Notes under the pieces: generated by a model | The model's input: the letters and a program-made list of their open reading frames with translations, nothing else | The model's database searches: none | What the model was told of the DNA's origin: nothing | In this document: positions 29,752-40,476 of the stretch, piece after piece | Layout of the letters: each line of letters opens with the position of its first letter | How positions within the stretch are numbered: position 1 is the first letter of the stretch | Position numbers and translations under genes: made by a program | Source of the DNA: a virus | Lineage: Duplodnaviria > Caudoviricetes | Direction: 5' to 3' (one strand) | IMG/VR virus record: IMGVR_UViG_3300031555_003590 | Span: 64,001-128,000 of that record | Length of the DNA: 64,000 bases

Positions 29752-31851
29752 ATGGCTGTTAGTAATAGACGTGTTCAAGGAAGTATTCGTCGAGACTTAT
29801 ATGTACTTGAAGATGAAAATAATCCTAGAAGTAGCCAGGCTGAGAATATATTACCTAGTACTATTCTAGATCAAGTATATGATGACCAATCTCCTACAAA
29901 TAAAAATCTTCGAGAAATTATAGAAGAATTACGTCAAGAAATTATTACTGGTGGTAGAGGAAATATTAAATTTCCAGTTACCTCAGTAAATGGAATGACT
30001 GATGATGTTGTATTAACAAAGAAAAGTATTGGTCTAGAGCATGCTGATAATACTAGAGATATAGATAAACCATTATCCAGCCCACAAAGAAATGCTGTAA
30101 TGCAAATGTTACAAACATATGATTTTAAAGTAAATTTAGATGATTTATATCAACATTTAATGAATACTGAAAATCCTCATGATGTAACATTAGAGCAAAT
30201 TAATAAAGATGATGCATTAGCAGTATTTGTAAAACATTATATTGGACTTCATAATACTTCTCAGAATGCTACTGTGCATGCTGATCTAAGAGGTAGTTTA
30301 CGAAGATTATGGATATTAGTAGAACAAATAAATGGTAATGTTGATAGTAAAATTGAAAAGACATTAAAATCATTAGATGATCATCTTCGAGATGATTATG
30401 CTCATATTAATCTTTTTAATGAAAAAGAAAAATTATCAAATAAAACGATTGAATTTACTTCTACTGCAAATGTTAATCATACTCAATATCCTACTACTAG
30501 AGCAGTTGTAGATTATGTTGCACAAAAGTTAGTTGAATTTAATAATACCCTGCCAGATATTCAACATTGGGTTGATGATATCCAAGTAGTAGATACTCGT
30601 AATGATCTTCCTAGAGCATCTCAAGGTACATTCAGAAAAGCATACTTAATTAGAAAAGGTGAAAGTTCATTTAATGAAATAGCAATATGTAGAATAAATC
30701 CTGATGATAAAACATATGATTGGGATATTTCTACATTAGGTAGTTATGGTAAATATAATCAGAATCATTTTATTGATACTATTGATGGATTATCAATTAA
30801 TATGAGCAGTGTTGTAGATGCAATTCTAAATACAAATGGTGCATTGGATATATCACTATCTGAAACATTGAGTAATTATTATACATCAGATGAAATTGAT
30901 GATTTTAATTATATTAATAAAATTACTATATTACCTGGAACTACTCATGGAACTATTCGTTTTTATACCAATGATGATATGATGACAATGAGTAATGATA
31001 TTCAAGTAGCTGGATTACAACGTTTAGCTTATCTTGAATATATTACTGAAGATGAAATTTGGGATAATGCAATTCATGAACGTCATATTTTAAATAATGC
31101 GGTTGCAAGAAAACATATTCAAGATAAAGCAATTATCCCTGGTAAAATTGAATGTAAAAAAGGATTCATTATTGGTAATGATAAAGATGATGTAAATGAT
31201 CAAGCTAATTATATTTCATTACAACAGTTAGCTGAATATTTACGTCCATTAATTGGAGGATGGCCAGATCCAACTGTACCTGGTGGAAATCCATGGTATG
31301 ATCGTCTTTCTACACAATTATTACAAACTCATACTTGGAAACCTGGAATTGAATATTCATTTGGTAATGGTGGATATGCAATTAGATTTACTGGTAGAAT
31401 TAGTTGTTTAGCTAATATGAGTCATAAATTACTACTTACTGAAAATATGACTGTTGATACAGATTTTCAAATTATGGATGCTGGTGGTTCATGGATGTAT
31501 CAATCTGAACCTGATATTGAATGGACTATACTAGGTGGATCTAATATTACTGGACATACATTTGGTACTATTACTATGGATAAAAATGGTTTATATTTAG
31601 AAACCATTTCTACTGGTAATCGTATTGATGCATCATATGATATTTGGGTTAAATATATTAAGCCTACTGAATTAATCAAGTATCCAGTTATTATGCCTGG
31701 TGATACATATATTCCTCCAGTTATTGAAGAACCTTCTAATCCTGATGATGGTACTGGTGATACTACAATTATAATTAATTCTGATCATACTGCAACTCCA
31801 ATTCCTAGTAATATAATTGAAGAATCTGTTGAAGATGCTTTTAATTCATAA
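29752..31851 (+). CDS. Putative tail-fibre/baseplate-associated protein
   Basis: VTSVNG, DNTRDIDKPLS, HLMNTENPHDVT, YPTTRAV are common tail-fibre motifs. Confidence 0.65.
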   Translation: MAVSNRRVQGSIRRDLYVLEDENNPRSSQAENILPSTILDQVYDDQSPTNKNLREIIEELRQEIITGGRGNIKFPVTSVNGMTDDVVLTKKSIGLEHADNTRDIDKPLSSPQRNAVMQMLQTYDFKVNLDDLYQHLMNTENPHDVTLEQINKDDALAVFVKHYIGLHNTSQNATVHADLRGSLRRLWILVEQINGNVDSKIEKTLKSLDDHLRDDYAHINLFNEKEKLSNKTIEFTSTANVNHTQYPTTRAVVDYVAQKLVEFNNTLPDIQHWVDDIQVVDTRNDLPRASQGTFRKAYLIRKGESSFNEIAICRINPDDKTYDWDISTLGSYGKYNQNHFIDTIDGLSINMSSVVDAILNTNGALDISLSETLSNYYTSDEIDDFNYINKITILPGTTHGTIRFYTNDDMMTMSNDIQVAGLQRLAYLEYITEDEIWDNAIHERHILNNAVARKHIQDKAIIPGKIECKKGFIIGNDKDDVNDQANYISLQQLAEYLRPLIGGWPDPTVPGGNPWYDRLSTQLLQTHTWKPGIEYSFGNGGYAIRFTGRISCLANMSHKLLLTENMTVDTDFQIMDAGGSWMYQSEPDIEWTILGGSNITGHTFGTITMDKNGLYLETISTGNRIDASYDIWVKYIKPTELIKYPVIMPGDTYIPPVIEEPSNPDDGTGDTTIIINSDHTATPIPSNIIEESVEDAFNS

Positions 31852-31854
31852 TAA

Positions 31855-31885
31855 AATAGTGGAGGGTTAATAACCCTCCACTATT
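31855..31885. terminator. Bidirectional intrinsic terminator
   Basis: AATAGTGGAGGGTTA/TAACCCTCCACTATT. Confidence 0.85.
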
Positions 31886-31887
31886 AT

Positions 31888-33192
31888 TTATTTTTCTTCT
31901 TTAGTATTATCTTTATCTTTTTTCTCATCATCTTTATTTTCTTTATCGGAATTTTTATCATCTTCATCTTCTAACTTTTTAAGTTCATCATTAATTAAAT
32001 TATTTACTCTCTTTTGAAACTCATCTTTATGATTTAGATATTGATCTAATACTTTTTCTAATTCAGCTAAATCTTCTTCTAATTGTTTCTTAGTAATTGA
32101 AGGAGTTGAAGGATCATTAATATCTTTTTTATATTCATTAATTAAATTACGAATACGATGGATATCAGTTTTATGAACATCTTCTAGCATACCAATAGTA
32201 ATACTATAAATTGCTCTTTGTCTAGCCTTTTCTTTTTTAAATCTAGATCTAAGTTCTCTATCATATTCACTTGTCATTTTATTTAAACCTTTTGCTAAAT
32301 AAGCTCCATAACCATACATTCTAGCAAAATTATCTGCAAATGCTTCACTATAATTTTGACGATTAAATCTATTTTTATCTTTTTCTAATTTTTCTTTAAT
32401 TTCTTTTAATTTCTTTTTTGCAGAACCTTCTTTAGTTTGAAATAAATCCATAATAGGACCTGAAAATATCATAGCAAAATAAATTAAGAAGATTAATAAC
32501 CAAGACCCAAATAAAAGTCCTACTTCTCCTAATTTATTCATTGCTCTTTTTTCATTCTTATTAATAGAACCTTTTCTATCAGTAATATATTTAGATAGAA
32601 TATTTGTTCCAGTATAATTAATATCAACTATTGCAGGATCAATAGAATGACCAAATTCATGTAAGAATACTGCTAATACTTCTTCTGCAGTAAGTTTCGT
32701 TAATAAACCTAGTGTAATCCAAATTTCCATAGTTACTGAATGACTCTTATCATAGAAACCTTTATCTGTTACTAATCCTTCAATTGGAAAACGATCTACA
32801 TGATATACTAAACAATTCATTTCACAACTTTCAAACTTTTTAGTAGTAGAATTATATTTTTCAATATATGGATGAATTTCAACATTACGAAACCCAAATA
32901 TATCACGTAATTGATCTTCAAAATCTTTAAACATTATATTTTTCCAAAATTCTTTTGGATTAAATGGTTTAATTTTAACTTTTTTATCATTCTTATTAGC
33001 AGTAGTACTATCTTCTTGCTCCTTAATTTGTGAATCTAATTCATCTTTAATTTTTTGAATACTTTCTAATATAGGTTTTACAGTTTCCTTACCATTAGAA
33101 AATACTGCTTCACTAAAATACTGATCAACTGCTTCATTAATATTTACGGTATCTTCAGATAAATTCATTTCCATATGAATTGGATAATACAT
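31888..33192 (-). CDS. Zincin (M48-like) metallopeptidase, probable virion protein
   Basis: LTAEEVLAVFLHEFGH (HExxH), EAFADNFA, one hydrophobic helix, N-terminal YFSEA. Confidence 0.7.
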   Translation of the reverse strand: MYYPIHMEMNLSEDTVNINEAVDQYFSEAVFSNGKETVKPILESIQKIKDELDSQIKEQEDSTTANKNDKKVKIKPFNPKEFWKNIMFKDFEDQLRDIFGFRNVEIHPYIEKYNSTTKKFESCEMNCLVYHVDRFPIEGLVTDKGFYDKSHSVTMEIWITLGLLTKLTAEEVLAVFLHEFGHSIDPAIVDINYTGTNILSKYITDRKGSINKNEKRAMNKLGEVGLLFGSWLLIFLIYFAMIFSGPIMDLFQTKEGSAKKKLKEIKEKLEKDKNRFNRQNYSEAFADNFARMYGYGAYLAKGLNKMTSEYDRELRSRFKKEKARQRAIYSITIGMLEDVHKTDIHRIRNLINEYKKDINDPSTPSITKKQLEEDLAELEKVLDQYLNHKDEFQKRVNNLINDELKKLEDEDDKNSDKENKDDEKKDKDNTKEEK

Positions 33193-33250
33193 TTTATAAT
33201 TCTCCTTTACTAAATATTTATATATTATACTTATATAAGATTAAAGAAAG

Positions 33251-34075
33251 GTGGATATTGTAATGTCAATTCATCAATTAGTAAAAGATACTATTAAAAA
33301 TCATAAACAAGAAATTGAATTAATTCAATGGGCTATTATGAATGGTATTTCTTCTTTATTTTATTCTCAATATATTAGTAAAATGAAACATAAAGAAATA
33401 GCAAGTAGAATATTAATACATGTTCCTTCTATTAAAAATTTATTAATTTATTTAAAACCTGAATCTAAATTTATGGAATATTTATCCAATAATTTAATAA
33501 AAGATATTGGGAATCATCAATTAATTAAAAAATATTTTAATGCACCTGAATTAGTAATGTTTAAAGAAGAAAATATTGAAATTATGAAGTTTATATATGA
33601 CTTATATATTTCTTCTAATATTACTAAAAGGATTCCTGAAACTATTTCTAAGAAATTTGGTTTGAATGATGATACTAATCAAACATTTTGTGAAAGATGG
33701 GAAATTAATATATTTGATGCTCCTATTACAAATGATCAATATGAATTTATCATTGATCAAACAGTATTACAATTATTAATGTTGCTTCCTAGTATAAAGA
33801 AAGAAGTTGAGATTCTTGAAAATCGTATGAATATTTTAATGGAGAATGGGAAAAATGGTAAAATCTTAACAATTGAAAATGAAAATGCAATTTGTCCAAT
33901 TCATTTTACTCCAGCTATTGTTAATAATGAATCTGTGATTGATTTATTAACATTTGTTACTAATACTTCATTTAAAGAAATATTTAATGATATAACAAAT
34001 GTATTTGATTATACTGTTACAACTGGATTATTCAATCAAGTTACTTTAACTAGATTAAAAGGTATTGAAACATAA
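33251..34075 (+). CDS. Hypothetical protein
   Basis: ORF behind promoter motif 33219-33228; start may be ATG 33263. Confidence 0.8.
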   Translation: MDIVMSIHQLVKDTIKNHKQEIELIQWAIMNGISSLFYSQYISKMKHKEIASRILIHVPSIKNLLIYLKPESKFMEYLSNNLIKDIGNHQLIKKYFNAPELVMFKEENIEIMKFIYDLYISSNITKRIPETISKKFGLNDDTNQTFCERWEINIFDAPITNDQYEFIIDQTVLQLLMLLPSIKKEVEILENRMNILMENGKNGKILTIENENAICPIHFTPAIVNNESVIDLLTFVTNTSFKEIFNDITNVFDYTVTTGLFNQVTLTRLKGIET

Positions 34076-34210
34076 TAGATATTAACTAAAATAAGGGAGG
34101 GATATAAGTCCCTCCTTATTTTTTATTTTACAAAGATTTAAATTTATTTCTCTACAAAAATGTATTACATTTTTGTAGTAATTTATATAAAGAAAGGAAT
34201 GATAAATAGT

Positions 34211-36520
34211 ATGGCTAGTATATTAAAGAGTGTAGAAATCGGTTATAAATTTATACCTAATGATTTAGAAAAATTTCATCCTATTGAAGGTATTAAAAGT
34301 TTTAATATTTTAAAAGGTGTAGTACCTATTCCTAGTTTGAGTAATGGGGATAGTAATAGTAATGAATTTGTATATAGTGGTAGTGAATATAGTCCATGGA
34401 GTAATATAGATACTAGTAAAGTTAGTATTAGTGGAGACATTAATGCTACTAATGCTGGTGAATATAGTACTACTTTTACACTAGATAAAAAGTATGAATG
34501 GGAAGATGGTACTACAGATCCCTTTACTATTAACTGGAATATTAATAAAATAATAGTTACAGTTCCAACTATTATCAATTCATTTATATCTACTGGTACT
34601 GAACAATCTCCATGTACAATAAGCGATAATATTAATGTTTCTGGAACAATATCAGCAACTAATGTTGGTAATTATGCGGCTACATTATCATTACCAGATA
34701 CAATTAATTATGAATGGGAAGATGGTACTACAGATCCTATTACTATTAATTGGAATATTGATTATAAATCATTTGAAATAACTTCATCTAATAGAAGTGA
34801 AATAAGTTATACTGATACTACTACTGAATTAGTTATACCAGAAACATTTACTGGTACTGATGGAATATCATATAAAGTAACTACTATAGGTAGTGGTGCA
34901 TTTAAGAATTGTAAAAATTTAACTAGTGTAACTATTCCAGATAGTGTAACTACTATAGGTGATAATGCATTTAGTAGTTGTACTGGATTAACTAGTGTTA
35001 CTATTCCTAATAGTGTAACTACTATAGGTAGTAGTGCATTCTATTATTGTACTGGATTAACTAGTGTAACTATTCCAGATAGTGTAACTAGTATAAGTAG
35101 TAGTGCATTCTTGAGTTGTACTGGATTAACTAGTGTAACTATTCCAGATAGTGTAACTACTATAGGTAGTGGTGCATTTAAGAATTGTAAAAATTTAACT
35201 AGTGTTACTATTCCAGATAGTGTAACTAGTATAGATAATTATACATTCCAGAGTTGTACTGGATTAACTAGTGTTACTATTCCAGATAGTGTAACTACTA
35301 TAGGTGATAATGCATTTAGTAGTTGTACTGAATTAACTAGTGTTACTATTCCTAATAGTGTAACTACTATAGGTAGTAGTGCATTTAATAATTGTAAAAA
35401 TTTAACTAGTGTTACTATTCCAGATAGTGTAACTAGTATAGATAATTATACATTCCAGAGTTGTACTGGATTAACTAGTGTAACTATAGGTAGTAGTGTA
35501 ACTAGTATTGGTGATAGTGCATTCGGTGGTTGTACTGGATTAACTAGTGTTACTATTCCTAATAGTGTAACTACTATAGGTAGTGGTGCATTCACAAATA
35601 CTCCTTGGTTAACTACTAAACAAGCTGAGAATCCATTAGTAATTGTAAATAATATTCTTATTAATGGTACTACTGCTAGTGGAAATGTTACTATTCCAGA
35701 TAGTGTAACTACTATAGGTGATAATGCATTTAGTAGTTGTACTGGATTAACTAGTGTAACTATAGGTAGTAGTGTAACTACTATAGGTAGTAGTGCATTC
35801 TATTATTGTACTGGATTAACTAGTGTAACTATAGGTAGTAGTGTAACTACTATAGGTAGTGGTGCATTCCATAGTTGTAAAAATTTAACTAGTGTTACTA
35901 TTCCTAATAGTGTAACTACTATAGGTAGTAGTGCATTCTATTATTGTACTGGATTAACTAGTGTAACTATAGGTAGTAGTGTAACTAGTATTGGTGATAG
36001 TGCATTCGGTGGTTGTACTGGATTAACTAGTGTTACTATTCCAGATAGTGTAACTAGTATAAGTAGTAGTGCATTCAGCAGTTGTACTAGTTTAACTGAT
36101 ATAAAAGTAAATACTAGCAATTCGGTATATTGTGATATAGATGGTATATTATATACTAATGATATTAGTACGATAATATTATATCCTGCTAGTAAGACTG
36201 ATAATAGTATTACTATTCCTAATACTGTTACTAGTATAGGTGATAATGCATTCCAAGAATGTAAAAATTTAACTAGTATAACTATTCCTAATAGTGTAAC
36301 TAGTATAGGTAATAGTGCATTTAATCAATGTTTTAGTTTAACTAGTGTTACTATTCCTAATAGTGTAACTACTATAGGTAGTAGGGCATTCTATTATTGT
36401 ACTAATTTAACTACAGTAAATTATACTGGTACTGAGGAACAGTGGAATGCTATTACTATTAGTACTGTTGGTAATAATCCTCTAACTGCAGCTACTAAAG
36501 TATATAATTATAAGGGATAA
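34211..36520 (+). CDS. BspA-type (LRR_5) leucine-rich repeat protein with two N-terminal beta-sandwich-like repeats
   Basis: About 20 copies of TSVTIPxSVTxIGxxAFxxCxxL; duplicated YEWEDGTTDP.TINWNI; typical C-cap YTGTEEQW; no signal peptide. Confidence 0.92.
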   Translation: MASILKSVEIGYKFIPNDLEKFHPIEGIKSFNILKGVVPIPSLSNGDSNSNEFVYSGSEYSPWSNIDTSKVSISGDINATNAGEYSTTFTLDKKYEWEDGTTDPFTINWNINKIIVTVPTIINSFISTGTEQSPCTISDNINVSGTISATNVGNYAATLSLPDTINYEWEDGTTDPITINWNIDYKSFEITSSNRSEISYTDTTTELVIPETFTGTDGISYKVTTIGSGAFKNCKNLTSVTIPDSVTTIGDNAFSSCTGLTSVTIPNSVTTIGSSAFYYCTGLTSVTIPDSVTSISSSAFLSCTGLTSVTIPDSVTTIGSGAFKNCKNLTSVTIPDSVTSIDNYTFQSCTGLTSVTIPDSVTTIGDNAFSSCTELTSVTIPNSVTTIGSSAFNNCKNLTSVTIPDSVTSIDNYTFQSCTGLTSVTIGSSVTSIGDSAFGGCTGLTSVTIPNSVTTIGSGAFTNTPWLTTKQAENPLVIVNNILINGTTASGNVTIPDSVTTIGDNAFSSCTGLTSVTIGSSVTTIGSSAFYYCTGLTSVTIGSSVTTIGSGAFHSCKNLTSVTIPNSVTTIGSSAFYYCTGLTSVTIGSSVTSIGDSAFGGCTGLTSVTIPDSVTSISSSAFSSCTSLTDIKVNTSNSVYCDIDGILYTNDISTIILYPASKTDNSITIPNTVTSIGDNAFQECKNLTSITIPNSVTSIGNSAFNQCFSLTSVTIPNSVTTIGSRAFYYCTNLTTVNYTGTEEQWNAITISTVGNNPLTAATKVYNYKG
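34875..36415 (+). repeat. 69-bp coding tandem repeats (LRR modules) in three blocks
   Basis: Near-identical AACTAGTGT(A/T)ACTAT...TAGTGTAACTA scaffold with recurring variable cassettes. Confidence 0.9.
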
Positions 36521-36527
36521 TATTTAT

Positions 36528-36562
36528 ATAATAGAAGAGGGATTTAATCCCTCTTCTATTAT
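36528..36562. terminator. Intrinsic terminator
   Basis: ATAATAGAAGAGGGAT/ATCCCTCTTCTATTAT. Confidence 0.85.
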
Positions 36563-36616
36563 TTTTACTTTTATTTTTGACGATATATTATTCATGTATA
36601 TAAATATAAAAAGGAA

Positions 36617-38683
36617 GTGATTTTAAATATGGGCTTTAAACAAAATTATGTAGATGCTGCTGTCATGACTATTATGAAAGTACATCCTGAATATAATAAA
36701 GAAGATGTAAAACAAATTATATCTAGAATAGTAAAAGAAAGAATGACTGATCCATCTATTTTAATGGATAATAATGTTACTGGTGAAAGTCATAATACAA
36801 ATCTTACGTATTTATGCAATTGGATTGATAAAAGAAATCCAGTAGTATCAGGTAATGCAACATTCTATTGTCAACCATCTGAACTATTATCACCAACATC
36901 AAATATGTTACGATCTCTAAAAGTTGGTCGTAAACAAGTTAAAAAACAAATGTTCAAATATGCTCCAGATTCAGATGAATATGCTCAATTAGATTTAGAT
37001 CAAATGAATAAGAAAGTTATTATGAATGCTGAATATGGTGGATCAGGTACTCCTACTGCAGCATTTTATACTAAATATTCACCTGCTGCTACAACTCTAA
37101 TGTCACAAAGTATTATTACTACAATGGCTGCTTTCTTTGAATCATTTGTTGGTGATAATCAAAAATTCTTTAGTATTGATGAATGTTTAGATTGGATGAA
37201 TACTATTATCAATAAAAAGAAAGATAAAGTAGCTAAATGGATTAGAATTCCAACTGAATATGAAGTATCTCATAGGATTAAACTTCATTTCTATATGGCT
37301 AATAAAGATAATTTTGATATAATTGATAAATACATCCATAAATGCAGTGATAGTGAAAGAGCATATTTATATTATACAAATAATATGAAATCATTTATTA
37401 CTGATCACCCTAAAGTATCTAAACTAATTAATGATATTTTAACAATTCTTCCATTATTAGAAGCTAGTGAAAAAGAAGTACCTGATCAATATAAAGATAA
37501 ATTTGGATTAGAAGAATATAATAAGTGGGTTGCAAAAGAGATGTTCTTAGATCCATATAATGTTCCAGATTCAATAAAAAATATAATTACCGATTTAGTA
37601 GATTTAGTACACCAGTATGTATATGTAGAATATTTAACTCCAGATAGCATTGTTAAACTTAATAATCATATGAGAAATACAGTATTATTAGTTGATACAG
37701 ATTCAAATGTTATTAATTCAGATTTGTTTGTTTCATTTGTATTAGATAGTGTATTTCCTGGTAGCACATTTAATAGATCTCGTCTATATAATGAAATGAT
37801 TCTTACTAATGTATTGGCTACAATGTTAGATAAATGTGTAAAAAATACATTAGACTATTATGGAAGATGTCATAATATGGATGAAGCATCAAGAGCTGAA
37901 CTTACGATGAAAAATGAATTTATGTTTAGAAGATTCTTCTTGATGTTAACAAAGAAAAGATATGCAGCTTCTATTGTATTAAGAGAAGGAAATATGATGC
38001 TTCCATTCAAATTAGAAATTAAAGGAATGGATTTTATCAAAGCAGGTGTTACTGATGATGTAACTAGTAAGTTTACTAATATGCTTAAAAATCATATTCT
38101 ATTTGCTGAAGAACCTCAACTTCACAATATGATGAAAGAAATTAAACAATTTGAAAAAGAAATTTATAATGATCTAAGAAATGGTGGAACTAAATATCTC
38201 AAGAGTTCTCAATATAAACCTGCAGAAGGATATTCTAAAATTAAAGATGCTAATGGTAAAGTTATTGGTAGTAAAGCATGGTCACTACCAGTATTTAGAG
38301 GTTCTGAAATATGGAATATATTATACCCTGATAAACAAATAAATTCATTAGATAGAGTAAGTATTGTAAAGCTTACAATAACTAATATAAAGGATCTAGA
38401 TAAAATCAAAGATCAATTTCCAGATGACTATAATAATGTAATTACTAAGATATATGGATCTAATAATCCTAATATTATAAATGCTGGAATGAAAGTTATT
38501 TGTATTCCTAATACAGTATATCAGATTCCAGATTGGATAATTCCATTCATTGATTATGATGTAATTATTTCTGATGTAATTTCATCATTTAGATCTGTAC
38601 TAGATTCTTTAAAATTAGAAGGTATGGCATTTAAAACTCCTAATGGAAAAGCTAATATCACATCATGTTTAATTAGTTTATAA
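36617..38683 (+). CDS. Family B DNA polymerase, polymerase-domain part of a split enzyme
   Basis: KVIMNAEYG (motif B), VDTDS (motif C), TKKRY, IKG; no exonuclease motifs and no recognisable motif A. Confidence 0.85.
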   Translation: MILNMGFKQNYVDAAVMTIMKVHPEYNKEDVKQIISRIVKERMTDPSILMDNNVTGESHNTNLTYLCNWIDKRNPVVSGNATFYCQPSELLSPTSNMLRSLKVGRKQVKKQMFKYAPDSDEYAQLDLDQMNKKVIMNAEYGGSGTPTAAFYTKYSPAATTLMSQSIITTMAAFFESFVGDNQKFFSIDECLDWMNTIINKKKDKVAKWIRIPTEYEVSHRIKLHFYMANKDNFDIIDKYIHKCSDSERAYLYYTNNMKSFITDHPKVSKLINDILTILPLLEASEKEVPDQYKDKFGLEEYNKWVAKEMFLDPYNVPDSIKNIITDLVDLVHQYVYVEYLTPDSIVKLNNHMRNTVLLVDTDSNVINSDLFVSFVLDSVFPGSTFNRSRLYNEMILTNVLATMLDKCVKNTLDYYGRCHNMDEASRAELTMKNEFMFRRFFLMLTKKRYAASIVLREGNMMLPFKLEIKGMDFIKAGVTDDVTSKFTNMLKNHILFAEEPQLHNMMKEIKQFEKEIYNDLRNGGTKYLKSSQYKPAEGYSKIKDANGKVIGSKAWSLPVFRGSEIWNILYPDKQINSLDRVSIVKLTITNIKDLDKIKDQFPDDYNNVITKIYGSNNPNIINAGMKVICIPNTVYQIPDWIIPFIDYDVIISDVISSFRSVLDSLKLEGMAFKTPNGKANITSCLISL

Positions 38684-38753
38684 AAGTAAACAGTGAGGCG
38701 AACCATAAAAATATCAATGATTAAAATATAATAGAAAGTGAGGTAACTATATT

Positions 38754-39623
38754 ATGCCATTTCTGCCTTATAGCATTAGAGGTGAAGATTATGATTTCGA
38801 TAAAGATGAATCTTTAAACATGATGATCAAAGAGTATACTAATAATACTGGGGAAGTCAAAAAGATTTCTCCAGATAATAATATTGATATGTCTATTGAA
38901 GAAAATAGTAATGCAGATATACCTGCAACATATGAGGATGTTGTCAGACATAATGTATTTAAATGTTCAATGTCTTTAGATGTTATTATGGAAGGAATTG
39001 AAAATCAATTTGATAATTATATCAGTAATGATGATTCTAATAATTATGTCGATATATTTTATGATGCACTACATGATTCTTTTAAAGCTGCAACTGAAGA
39101 TAATGAATTACATCAAGAAGATGTTATTAATGTATTAAATGAAATTCAAGATAAATTTATTGATACAATAACTGGATTATTTAATACTAGATTAACATTA
39201 ACAATTGCAGATATTGAATCAGAATCATATGATCAAGATGAAGTTGAATTTATTATTAGAAAATTATATGAATTCTTTATTTTAGGAGCAAAGAATAATT
39301 TCAAAGTTGCAATTGCAAATGATGCAAAGAAACGAATTAATGGAATTATTAATAACCATCGTGAATATATTATGATGTTAAGAAATATGATGATTGATTA
39401 TTCTCCATTAATTACTACTTTTGGACCAATGGAATTTTTAACATATATAGGAGATCAAGAAATTATTGATCTATTCGATGATGGTAAAGTTATTGGTAAT
39501 TTCTTAAGAAAATATTCTCCTAAGTTATATCAGAATGAAGAATTTGAAGTAGAACTTATTACTTACATCACAATGGTACATCAATTCAATCAAACAATAC
39601 AGGAGGAATATAATAATGGCTGA
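38754..39623 (+). CDS. Acidic hypothetical protein
   Basis: 289-aa ORF, GAGGT RBS. Confidence 0.8.
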   Translation: MPFLPYSIRGEDYDFDKDESLNMMIKEYTNNTGEVKKISPDNNIDMSIEENSNADIPATYEDVVRHNVFKCSMSLDVIMEGIENQFDNYISNDDSNNYVDIFYDALHDSFKAATEDNELHQEDVINVLNEIQDKFIDTITGLFNTRLTLTIADIESESYDQDEVEFIIRKLYEFFILGAKNNFKVAIANDAKKRINGIINNHREYIMMLRNMMIDYSPLITTFGPMEFLTYIGDQEIIDLFDDGKVIGNFLRKYSPKLYQNEEFEVELITYITMVHQFNQTIQEEYNNG

Positions 39624-40392
39624 TAATAAACAAACTTCTACTAGTACCAGTACTCAGATTAGAAATCTTTATTCTGAGGGAATGTCATATATGAATCTTA
39701 GATTCTTTAATACAAATCTAGGTATAAATATTTATCCATTTACAGGTAGAGATAATAATGGACGTTCCATTTATGATAAAAATAATTATATTGCAACTAC
39801 TGTAAATTTTGAAAGTGCATTTGCACTTTACCAAGCATCAAATGATGTTATTGAAGGTAAAGTTAAAGAATTAGATATTACAATTCCATGTACATCAGGT
39901 GCAAATATTCTATTTCAGTGTAAAACGAATCAGAATAATCAACCTGAAGTCATCATGACTGTTATGAAAAATAATGTAAATATTCCATTCAAGTTTGCAG
40001 TATTAAATCAAACTATTAAAAATAATAATGGTCAAATTGAACATACTGTTTCTCATATTGGTTTAGGTGCATTCATGAAAACAGTTGAAGGATATTTGAA
40101 TGGTATTAATGCTAATCGTCATTTAGATAAACTTACAGATGATTATGTTAAACTTATTAATGGTTCTCAATCCAATGATAATAATCAATCAAATAATAAT
40201 CAGCAGAATAATCGTAATAATAATTACCGTGGTAATTATAATAATAATGGTGGTTATAAGAAAGGATATAATAACAATTATAAACGCCAATACAATAATA
40301 ACAATGGTGGCGGATTCCCATCACCTCCTTCAAATAATAATTGGAATAATAACAATAGTCAAAATTTATCATCTTATGAAATTAATAATTAA
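39616..40392 (+). CDS. Putative ssDNA-binding-like protein with Asn-rich disordered tail
   Basis: Compact alpha/beta N-terminal domain plus N/G/Y low-complexity tail, near the DNA polymerase; function is inference. Confidence 0.5.
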   Translation: MADNKQTSTSTSTQIRNLYSEGMSYMNLRFFNTNLGINIYPFTGRDNNGRSIYDKNNYIATTVNFESAFALYQASNDVIEGKVKELDITIPCTSGANILFQCKTNQNNQPEVIMTVMKNNVNIPFKFAVLNQTIKNNNGQIEHTVSHIGLGAFMKTVEGYLNGINANRHLDKLTDDYVKLINGSQSNDNNQSNNNQQNNRNNNYRGNYNNNGGYKKGYNNNYKRQYNNNNGGGFPSPPSNNNWNNNNSQNLSSYEINN

Positions 40393-40411
40393 GATTGATA
40401 AATAAAATGGT

Positions 40412-40450
40412 AGAATATGACGAGGGCCCCGCAAACCCTCGTCATATTCT
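40412..40450 (+). terminator. Intrinsic terminator
   Basis: AGAATATGACGAGGG/CCCTCGTCATATTCT followed by T-tract. Confidence 0.8.
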
Positions 40451-40476
40451 TTTCAAAACAAAGGAGGTGAGTTTCA

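Noticed and set aside
34875-36415. CRISPR array or diversity-generating retroelement
   Set aside because: The repeats are in-frame 23-codon LRR units with recurring rather than unique spacers; no cas gene, reverse transcriptase or adenine-specific TR/VR pair is seen in the window
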